A stretch of 64,000 nt of DNA, taken from the NCBI GenBank assembly GCA_040437565.1, contig JBDOQK010000037.1, positions 1-64,000 on the forward strand, read 5' to 3'. Both the position numbers and the translations under genes were made by a program. This document shows positions 52,782 through 64,000 of the stretch, one piece after another. A model generated the notes under the pieces. It ran no database searches. It was given only the letters and a program-made list of their open reading frames with translations, and was not told the DNA's origin. The DNA comes from Albugo candida (taxonomy: Eukaryota). Position 1 is the stretch's first letter; the number at the start of each line of letters is the position of its first letter.

Positions 52782-53102
52782 ATGAACGACGACGATGACG
52801 TGCCGCTTTTGTATGCAAACATCAATAGCCGAGCGGATGGACAATGCGACATCGATTTGAGCGCATTGGCCACGTTTATGGAAAGCAGCGGTGATGAACA
52901 GGAGGAATGTAGTGCGAATGAGCATCCACATGTATCTAGTAGATCGAAGTCTCAGCCCAAAATAGCTCCAAAGCAAAAAGGAAAACATCCCCGCATCAAA
53001 CCCAAACGATGTCGAAAACCGTATTCTCTAAAAGAAACTTCATCCAGCGATTCAAACGATAGGAAAAAGTTCCGAATGTGTATATCTGCGTTGACACTAT
53101 AG
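52782..53102 (+). CDS. Small hypothetical protein
   Basis: 106-aa ATG ORF, acidic then basic, divergent from the methyltransferase gene; no recognisable domain. Confidence 0.35.
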   Translation: MNDDDDVPLLYANINSRADGQCDIDLSALATFMESSGDEQEECSANEHPHVSSRSKSQPKIAPKQKGKHPRIKPKRCRKPYSLKETSSSDSNDRKKFRMCISALTL

Positions 53103-53184
53103 AAATCTGAACAAATCCACAATCGTCATTCTTTATAATATAATAAAGAGATTCTATCTGGCTATTCATGTAATTCCAGCATAA

Positions 53185-53802
53185 ATGGATTCTTTGGATG
53201 CGTTTATGGCGACATTAGACGTTCCTAACAAACATACTCCTGTACCAACGTCTTGTCATCGAAAAATCTCAAACGCGTGCCCATCAAACCGGAATATTAC
53301 GAGAAATCGACGATATCGACGTCTTCAACAGCTCCTTATAGATGATAAGGAGCATTTTGTAGATAATCAATGGTATTTTTCCGACCAAAGCATGAAAGAA
53401 CGAGAACCAGCACTGTATCATTTATACGTCGGACGGTATATCGAAACAAGTCACAAAGCACAAGAACAGCTCTACAAAGTCGCCGACAAAAACTCTCTTT
53501 TACTTTCATCGTTTTTGATTGATACGTACGATCGAAAAGAATTGATGCAACGGCGCTCTTGCGAAGAAAGGCGATGGTCTCAGAAACACCCTCGACAGCA
53601 CGAGGTAGACACACAAGACGACGAAAGAATCAGTCAACGTCGTCAGGAACTCGTCGATTTGATGTCGCAGCGATTTTTGGACGGTTTGGATCACGAGTAT
53701 ATCGATTATGAGACAATCGATGCAAACACCGATCTTGATGATTCTGAGCAGCAAGAGCGAGACGAGCAAGATGCTTATTTCGAACAATGTGATGCTGAAT
53801 AA
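53185..53802 (+). CDS. CCDC97: CCDC97/DUF2052 family protein
   Basis: RNRRY..L...YFSDQSMKEREPALYHLYVG and FLDGLD..IDYETID...DD...ERDEQDAYF. Confidence 0.85.
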   Translation: MDSLDAFMATLDVPNKHTPVPTSCHRKISNACPSNRNITRNRRYRRLQQLLIDDKEHFVDNQWYFSDQSMKEREPALYHLYVGRYIETSHKAQEQLYKVADKNSLLLSSFLIDTYDRKELMQRRSCEERRWSQKHPRQHEVDTQDDERISQRRQELVDLMSQRFLDGLDHEYIDYETIDANTDLDDSEQQERDEQDAYFEQCDAE

Positions 53803-53858
53803 AGTGTCATTGATATATTGAGCTCAATAATGTCTTTCACTCAAATGTTGGCTTGTTT

Positions 53859-56800
53859 TTAGCGGAGGCAGCTAAGCATGGAATTGAGAATGTGATGCAG
53901 AAGCGTAAACTGAGAATCCCGCTCGTCTTCCGGAATTTGATTCATTGACTCTTTCAATTCATGTAATACATCGGGAACGAAGACGGCAATGGAAGCATCC
54001 GTAGTGTCCATGACAAGTAAAGCTTCCCTCAGCCATGATAATTTGATCGGCCATTCAGTGCTCAAATCAGCGCCAAGCTGTTGCACAAGACATAGAACAA
54101 GCATTTGGGATAGCTTGATGGGACGACAGCATAAAACTGTGCGTGGATCCAAATCACGGCATGTGAAGACCACAAGTTCCACGTTCTGTGCACCCAGCGC
54201 CTAAGCAAGAATACCGCTGTCAGTTGGTCACAGCTGATTAGTCAAAACAGAGGTTGCCTACCATTTGAAATGCTTGCTCATAGTCTTCATTTTGTAGAAA
54301 CTGTGTTACTTCCTCCTTGAGCTTGTCCAAATAGTTTTCCTCGGGACCTTGAACGGCAGAATCGACCTTGACTGTGACGCTATTACTCGCATCCAGATCG
54401 TTTAATTTGTTCCCAAGAGAGTCGACGGATTCTCGAAGATGCTGTAACTCAAGCTGGATGCTTTGTAAACTCTGTACTCCTTGCGTACTTGATTCAACGG
54501 CGCTCTGAGCTCCCTTTACAAAAGTGTCACTGATCTGCTCAAACATTTTTTGTGTGGCAGCCTGGAACGAAGGAATTATGATGTCTTGGAAGCACTCGCG
54601 GAAAGAGTTGCGGATGGGTTGACGAACGTCTTCCACAAGTTTTCCAACCATACTTTTCATGCTCTTGTCCACCTGTCCGGGGACCGCTGTCGCAACTGTA
54701 TGATTGAGTTTTGCCTCCATTTTGGGCAGTAAAGTATCTGATATGCTGCTCTGAAAGCTTTTACATACAGGCTCCTTGAAACTGTGCTCCATTGTATGCA
54801 TCACGATACGACCCATCGCGGGAACTAATATCGACTGGACTTGTCGCTGTAAAGTCCGCTCAATTTGGGTCCCGATTCGCGTTTCCAATGTTTTGCCAAG
54901 TCTGTCAATCAGAATTTGCTGCTGATGGAGCAGATTCTGGTCACGTTGTGTTTGTTTAGCTTCCATCATTTTCAGATACGTAAGTATCTGTTGTGTATCG
55001 CCTCCAAAATCATCAATAGATGCACCCAATTGACTGGAAGTATCTTCGTGAATTGCTTTCCCAGAGGAAGTTGGAGATGAGTCAGTGATGTGGTGCGGAA
55101 GCCTAGGATACGTCAGAGACCGACACGAGCCGTGCTCGCTTCCACTGGTCGAAGGAATTGTGGGTAAAAGACGCGGATTTGGTGGAGTTGTAGCCAGTCG
55201 TGGTGGCGTCGTTGACGTGATCAACGAGCCATCGTTGTCACCTAAACGTTCAGCATCGGTCATGGTGTCGGCGTTGACCCCAATTTGATCGTTTGTATCG
55301 TACGAGTAAGATAATCTTGTGCTTGCATGTGAAGATTCTGAGGTTGGTTGGTACGATAGCGCATCCTCCCTTGTTACTGAGCCGACAGTCTGACCCAAAA
55401 CATTATCTAAAAGCGGTTCTTGAGTAGTAGACTCTTCTTGCATACTCTCCACCTCACTCTGAGATTCAAGACTCTGAGAATAACAAGCGCTTGGAGTTAT
55501 ATTATATCGCTGGATAGCTTCAGTTTGCACACAATACAAATGCATATTTGCTTGATCGGGACTGGATGTAAGTGATTCTTGCTGATGATGTACTTCCATT
55601 GATAAGATCGGATACGCCAATGTGAATTCCGTCGCGCTGTCAATATATCGTACCATTCCACCCCGTATCATCGTCGATCCGATATGAAAAACAGTGAGAA
55701 TTGGTTTCTTTCGACTTGCAACAAACAAAAGACCGGATGTCGAATCGAGTAACAGCTCATTTGAAATTGTATCAGATGCATCTGCGTCTTGAGAGGACCT
55801 TAGCTTGATGGTCTGATCACAGGCTGGTTGCATAGATTCTGTCAAAGCGGCATTCCAAAACGCAATCTGCCGATTTCCGTCACCACCAAGAACAAGAGTT
55901 GCTGGCTTATACGGCTCAGAATGGTGGAAAAATACGCTTGTGACAGCTTTTCCATTGAATGGTTCAAATTGATGCACAAAATGGCCATTCTGATTGTCAA
56001 GAAGACCGCCAACACGAAAAATCCGAACTAATCCATCACTTCCAGCAGTAATGACACATTCTCCATCCATCGAGAACGTAAAATCGTGCATTACACCATC
56101 TGGTTGAGTGCATGTGATACTACTCTCACTAATGTTATCGGAGTCCGATCCAGAGCTACTGAAGGATTTCAGGTTTATAACATACACTTTGCTCCCATCC
56201 GCAGCTCCTATTTTATCACTACTTTGTGGATGCCATTTGATTAATCGAGTTTCACACGCAATCACTTTATTGACTGTGAAAGTCAAAGGATCTGGCTGCA
56301 TATCCCAAATAATAATCTTGTTATCGGTTGCCGTGCTGCATAAGAGATTACTTTGTGGCTGAAAAAAAGCCAAATCTACCACTTGGTGATTCTCATGTCT
56401 TCTCAGCAAGCAACGATCGACTGATGTTTGACTAATGACCCGAATCAGACCATTTCGAATTGGGTACGATATGAACTGATTGTTCACGCTAACGAGCTTC
56501 CCGGTCTCGTGACCTCTAACGGACTGGTATAGAGTTATCGGTGTGACCTCAAGATTCTGTGTAGCGCATTCTTCAGAAATGCTGTGTTCAATCTGCTCTC
56601 GGTATGGAAACTTCAGTCCAGGATGATTCAGTGTGTCTTGGTTCGAACTCATTGAATTCATCGCACTGGTTCTGCTTGTTACACTTTCGTTTGGACCCGA
56701 TGATTGCATTCCTCCGTTTCCCAGAGACATGTCTGACACAAGTCTTGCATTTCCGCTATTAGGAGGTGTGAAAGTGAAGCTCTTATGCATCAAATTTTGG

Positions 56801-57075
56801 CTCTGTGACTGCAATAAAGCATCGGGATAAAGCTGCGAATGTGTGTAGAATTTACTAATTCTGTTCTCGCTTGTCGAAGTGTGCGCAGAGGAAGAAAACG
56901 AGTGAGTTGCGGAATTAACTGTTTGGCTTTGGGATGGCATTGCCGACAAGTTTGAATTACTGAGTTGAGGCCGATTTATCGAAGAGTAGGGAGAAGGAGG
57001 AAGAGGGGGAAGAGGAGGAGGATTTGGGTCTTCCAAGTTGCTCTGTGAGCCGGTTGATGAGTTGTTATACGACAT
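53859..57075 (-). CDS. EDC4: Enhancer of mRNA decapping 4 (Ge-1/VARICOSE)
   Basis: N-terminal WD40 region (VTPITLY, GLIRVI, EFTLAYPILS, LYCVQTEAIQRY), Ser-rich linker, helical region (IIPSFQAATQKMFEQI), C-terminal LSQMLVLCLVQQLGADL...KLSWLREAL; intron about 54202-54260. Confidence 0.88.
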
Positions 57076-57335
57076 TTACGCTTGACGGAATACTCGCTAA
57101 TGTCCGTCACGTGTTCCTCGATGAAATGAGATTTTATTTGAGTAAACACTGTGAATGCTAACAGTCACAAGAATATTTGTCTACAAAACTAGTACACATC
57201 CGGTAGGTTTACTACAATGTTAGCCTTCTTACCTCGCATTTTTACACAAAAGAATGCGAAATGCGCTTGATGATGTGGCGATGCACTGAGACCCCAAAAA
57301 GCTCGAAAACGGTGACTATCATATTCAACTATCGT

Positions 57336-58799
57336 TCAGCTACAACGCAGAAAAGGTAAGGAGCGCATGTTATCATCTTTATCGAATAAATCGTTCGCTA
57401 TGGCTAAGAGCGAGTTATAACGAAGCATACTTTCAGTTTGACTCCATCCTCCAAATTTCACATATTCAATTTCCAATCCCACTGCCAAAGCAATCAGCAT
57501 TTCTGATGACAGTAGAGATTCCGAAGATGTGGTTTCCATGACGATTGAGCATCCCACATTATGAGCATAGCGAACAGATTCTATGAATTCGGAAACTGTC
57601 GTATATTGTCCCAGACTCAGCACCAATGGCATAGGACTACTTTTATCGAGATTCTTAATAGACTCGGGACTGATTCTGCGTGCAATAAGTGTAAATGACG
57701 GGTCGATTTGAGCCAATTTGGTATCTCTCATTTTATCCTCAAGCGCACTCAATGCTGAAATGTCCATAGCATCAAACGGTAGAATGATAGAAGATAGAGG
57801 CAAAGCTTCAATTATTTCATCAATTTTGTCAATTTGATCACCTTTTGCAACTCCTAAATCCGTTTGAACTTGATCAGAGTTGACAAAAACGTTCAATCCG
57901 ATTTGCAAACATTCTTCGGCGCGCTGCTGATCAGAGGATGTGCAGGGCGATTGCATCAAACTTTTTAGACATTCGATGAGGTTCACATCTTGGAACGACA
58001 AAGCGTGACACGCAGTGCCCGACTTACTTAGGCTTACTTTGCCTTGTTTCAAATGTAGTGCCAAAGTTGCTATCATCTTAGAGCTCAAGTCCAAAGCTCT
58101 ATATATACTTTTCACATTATGGGGTACAAGAAAGATTTCCTGCAGTAGCGTAGAAGCTGCGGTGTTTTCCAAAAGATTGATGATCGGTATTGGAATGCGT
58201 AGCTTTTCGGTTGGAATAGCTGCTAATGCAGCAATGAAATGAACGAGCTCAGTGCCTTCAATTTTAGCACCTGCTTCCAGGACTGCAAGGGAGGTGGCTA
58301 AACAGGTTGCATTGCCAATGATAGGTACAATACTCTGTAAGATCGAGTCAACTCGCGTCTGATCTGTCAGTATGATATCATTGCGCGCCAACTTTTGTTC
58401 AAGTACTTGCTGCATTTCCTCGGTACTTGATGTGTCATTCAAATCGCTTTCCCCATCAGGAGTACTGGAAGCAGTACACCACGGATCAGAAGTTGATATT
58501 GTCACATCCACCGAAAATCTACAGGTTTGGAGTCGAACCATTATAGCAGAACGACCTTCACAGCTGAAAGAGTCAATCAATTTGATTCCGATAAGCCGTT
58601 TCTGGGATGTTGACTGTGCATCGAGCAACTTTGCAAGCTCAGCGTATGGGTCCTCAGAGCGCTTTATGAGAACTGAGTTCAAAACTTCATTCAAAGTCTG
58701 CTCAATATTATTGACGCGGAGATACTCTTCGGTCACTTCACGTTCATTGATCGCAAACGCTGTCAGACCATCGGTCGGGTTCATCCCGTGTCCTTTCAT
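57336..58799 (-). CDS. Enolase-like pseudoenzyme with N-terminal RIIa/Dpy-30-like docking helix (ENO4-like)
   Basis: EEYLRVNNIEQTLNEVLN...EDPY; enolase landmarks GNATCLATSLAV, IPIPIINLL, QEIFLVP, LAVGL..YVKFGG...RYNSLLAI; catalytic motifs degenerate. Confidence 0.75.
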   Translation of the reverse strand: MKGHGMNPTDGLTAFAINEREVTEEYLRVNNIEQTLNEVLNSVLIKRSEDPYAELAKLLDAQSTSQKRLIGIKLIDSFSCEGRSAIMVRLQTCRFSVDVTISTSDPWCTASSTPDGESDLNDTSSTEEMQQVLEQKLARNDIILTDQTRVDSILQSIVPIIGNATCLATSLAVLEAGAKIEGTELVHFIAALAAIPTEKLRIPIPIINLLENTAASTLLQEIFLVPHNVKSIYRALDLSSKMIATLALHLKQGKVSLSKSGTACHALSFQDVNLIECLKSLMQSPCTSSDQQRAEECLQIGLNVFVNSDQVQTDLGVAKGDQIDKIDEIIEALPLSSIILPFDAMDISALSALEDKMRDTKLAQIDPSFTLIARRISPESIKNLDKSSPMPLVLSLGQYTTVSEFIESVRYAHNVGCSIVMETTSSESLLSSEMLIALAVGLEIEYVKFGGWSQTESMLRYNSLLAIANDLFDKDDNMRSLPFLRCS

Positions 58800-58967
58800 T
58801 CAGCTTCGGCCGATTCTATTGTATGGCGCTGTCGAATACTATAGGAGGCGCCCACCTAATTTGTCGTTACATTTTTATGAAGTGGCGGTAAGGCGTTGTC
58901 ATGTCCATTGGATTCATCAAATTATAGCTTTTGTTGAGGACATAAGATCGCACCGAAGACATTCGAA

Positions 58968-60731
<1,764 letters not shown>

Positions 60732-61799
60732 TTGGAGCGCTGATATTATCTATTATCTTATTTATCCGAAGAAGTCCATCATGACCATGATATACGATGT
60801 CGTCAGGATTAGATCATGTTGCCATCGATCAATGATCTATGCAGCTTCAGTCTTTGCGAGACGAAATTTGAGCCCAATCAACTGACTTTATGCCCATTCG
60901 AACCGCTTCTGCGGGGAACATTCGGAAATTAAATCCACGAATCATGAATACCTTGCTGTCCTCAAATTATGCGATTTCAAAATAAATGTGGTTGTTAATC
61001 TTACTCACGGTCGCTGTTTGACGATTCTTAGCACTTCTTTAGTTCATATTGACATCTCTTCCACGCTGATGAGCAATCAATAGAGCAAGGATGACTTGAG
61101 CCTGCCGCTACTCGATCAAATGAATTGCTCGCTTTGTCATCGAAAATAAAATGTACCGATCGAAGCAAAGACTATCATTTATAACCATGGCGAGCTGCAA
61201 TTCCATTTTTTTTTAAAGAAATCGCGCCCAAGACGCATCTTAGCTCGCATAAAGTTATAGATCGGGAAATCAACTGCGCAGGACGAGAAATTTGCAGTGA
61301 CAATATATCAATTTGATTTTTAGCTCTAAGGGGCCAGAGGAACGCAAATACAAATACTCGCAACAGCTCTTACAAATTCCTTGCGGGCACAGGTACGGGT
61401 TCAAAACGGAAACATGTTTCAACTTCGCACTACTTGGAAGTCGAGGTATCAAATAAGACTTCTAAAGTGATCAATTTACAATATATGTCTCGACTATAGC
61501 TCCCACAATTGCTATCTTTCAATCAACCATCATTAGGTCGCGTTCATTGCATTCGTATAGCTTTTATTCACAATTTTCATGACTATATACAAAAATCCCG
61601 CAAAATCTGTGCATGCTTGTCTGTTCGCGTATGAGATATTCACTTAACTTACCAGCGCTATTGCGGCGGAACTCAGTCCATGTATGTGGAATCCATCGGT
61701 CACCATCGTCGAAGGATCCCTTTCATTTGCGAAAATGACTTCCAGCATTTTGGGAAGACTTTCCAGGTGAGTATTTCCAACCGTTCCGGTTTGACCAAG

Positions 61800-64000
61800 G
61801 CTCATAGCGTAACGTGATCAGGTTACACGAGGAGGAAGTTTGCTACTCAATCGAGTCGAGCAGAAACAGGACTTGTATGTCTCCTCCATCCTGTTTTCAA
61901 AAGCAGGAAATAGGGTCTCACGGAATGCGATATCGAGTCTTGAAACGTCTCACTGCCCCAGCGTATCAGATGCGTAGACTTACACAAGAAAACAGGCAAG
62001 CAACTGCTTCAAGCTCACCACGCTTGCTCCGAATATTCTTCGCGGTCATTCTCTTCCGGAACCACCTTCGATAACAGCGGAATTGAATATGCGTTGGTGC
62101 TACAACCCGTCGACAAAAATGTACACATAATCCGATGGATCATCTTAGCCATTTATTTATTGTGATGTGTTTTGATGATGGAACATGACAAACTCTCGTT
62201 GCCGCACTTTCGTTTTGTTTGGAGTAACATGCGAATAGTCTGAATCTGAATGTCAATCATATAAGCTGAGTTTCTATGTGTACTGTACAGTTCTTTCTCT
62301 TTGTGCTTTGTCGATCATCAAAGAATACCCATGGAATATCCAATGAACTAAAGCTAGCGTATGTTCGACTCGAGCAGGGTAGTGATGAAAGAACTTGACG
62401 TCATTCGAAAAAATACTAGTGCTATGCTCACACTCTAGAGTTGCTGAATGGAAATGACACGTTAAAGCGATACAAATTCTCAAAGTTTGGTAGAAGTTGG
62501 TTGTTATCGTCTTTGTTCCCGTACGGCCGAATTCATCCGCTTGAGGTAACGAGAATTAAAGCTGTTCCACCGGCTGTGGATAAGGCGGTCAGAGAGCGTA
62601 ACTAATGCTAATGGTAAAGTTGCGGTCGAACGGATCGAAATCGAGAATTCGGGCTATCGACGATTGTCCATGAAAAGTTATCTCGAATGATGGCGAGAGA
62701 ATCAGTTGAGCTGCACCATTGCCAATTACAGTGCTGGGCTATATGATTGATGGAACCGGTTCTCTCAACATTACCTGACGATGTGTTCCAATGGCCGACT
62801 TTGATACAGACCAAGGAAAGTCAGCAGTTTTCACCACCAAACTCTCATGTTATGAAGAGGAGAATGGCTATCGAAGGAAAAGCGTGACAAATAGCGCTAG
62901 GTGGCGAACAAAGTAGAGTCAGGACCGACCTCTGCGATCTCCAATAGCTATATAATCGATTAGTAGTACTGAACGAGCCGTCTTCGAGCGGGTTGATTGA
63001 TAGCGTCTCATTCGGAGCGACGGATTTGTGCATCCGATTGTGCGTAATAGCCCATTTCAGCAATGGGAGACATCACGGTATTGAATCCACTTTTCTTATG
63101 TTGGAGAAAACATTGTGGTGGACCGTATGAAGAAAGATGTAAATGCTTTCATGATAGAGTGCTTCCATTGCTCGATCAGTGAACAAAACCATGTGCCGAG
63201 ACCGCTTGGAGAAGCTCTCCATGCGACCAAACCCAATGAGATTATACATTTCGGCTATATGTGTATGGAGAGAAGTGCTCAATGTAAAGAATAATTTTTG
63301 TCGTCAAGGACGATGCTACAAAGTACGTTTGATTATTGCCAACAAAGCAAGTAGACTCAATCAAAGTGATTTCCAAGTTTTGGTGTATGTCATACATGCT
63401 TTTCAGACCAAGGTACCCGATTCATAAATGAGCTTTTCTGTGAAATGCAGCGAGTACTGGGATCAATCTATCACTTCACCACGCCGAGGTGTCCGGTCTA
63501 ATGAAATTGTTCAAATAGCCGACAGAAAAGCTCTTAAAGTATAAGAGTACTGCAGACCTAATGGAAATGCAACGAAACGGGTGGGACAACATTATTACTA
63601 TGAAACATTCAATTATAAAGCAGCACCACCCCATCACTTGACGATGAAAACCCAGTTAAGGCTATGACTAGATTGCCAATGCCTTTGATAGAATATTCGT
63701 GAATTCTACGAGTCTAGCACCGGCGACAGCTCTCCAGTGGATATGGATTTTGAGAAAAACGCAGGAATTTGTATGCGCTACAAAAGCGAGTGTCGATACC
63801 TTCGAACGAAGGAAGAGAGAGAATGGACATGGAAACACTAGAATGTTATGGATTTTGTGTTATACGCCGACATGTGGCGGAAACCCATCAAAAATTCAAG
63901 ATTAAATGAAACAGTCCAGCCCAAGTAGCCGAACAATCTCCGACTGGATTTCGAGATCCAAAATCTGGTCACACAAGAAATACGTGAAGTACATTCGTCC
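61800..64000 (+). mobile_element. Degenerate Ty3/Gypsy pol (weak RT/RNaseH traces, clear integrase), runs off the window
   Basis: Broken frames give FQWPTL, DLCIRLCVIAH...HHGIESTF...WW, CFHC...VPRPLGEALHATKPNEIIHF, VVKDDATKY, SDQGTRFINEL, DFVLYAD...FEIQNLVTQEIREVHSS; many stops and frameshifts. Confidence 0.85.

Overview
Gene-dense eukaryotic scaffold from an oomycete. The mitochondrial TPI-GAPDH fusion, RWP-RK factors, P2C ATPase, oomycete-type Gypsy remnants and short ~45-100 nt introns support this; an Albugo-like compact genome is my inference. It holds about 23 protein genes (PRCC-like, TPI-GAPDH, Kir channel, NOP2, NMD3, Na/K-type ATPase, APC10, WW protein, two RWP-RK TFs, HMGB, CCCH-AlkB, three kinases, ARP4, a secreted protein, EF-hand/EML, EEF1AKMT4-like, CCDC97, EDC4, an enolase-like protein, coiled-coil proteins). 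There are also two identical initiator tRNA-Met genes in opposite orientation and decayed Ty3/Gypsy pieces. All five 100-N gaps are flanked by direct duplications (unmerged contig overlaps), which corrupt the NOP2 and EML ORFs. Best leads: (1) a P2C ATPase with substituted ion-binding residues and a ~295-aa six-Cys M7-M8 loop; (2) a secreted, apparently catalytically dead pepsin-fold protein beside TE debris; (3) a CCCH-zinc-finger/AlkB-like fusion; (4) a pseudo-enolase head-to-head with a CDKL kinase. All family assignments come from motif recognition by eye; no searches were run.
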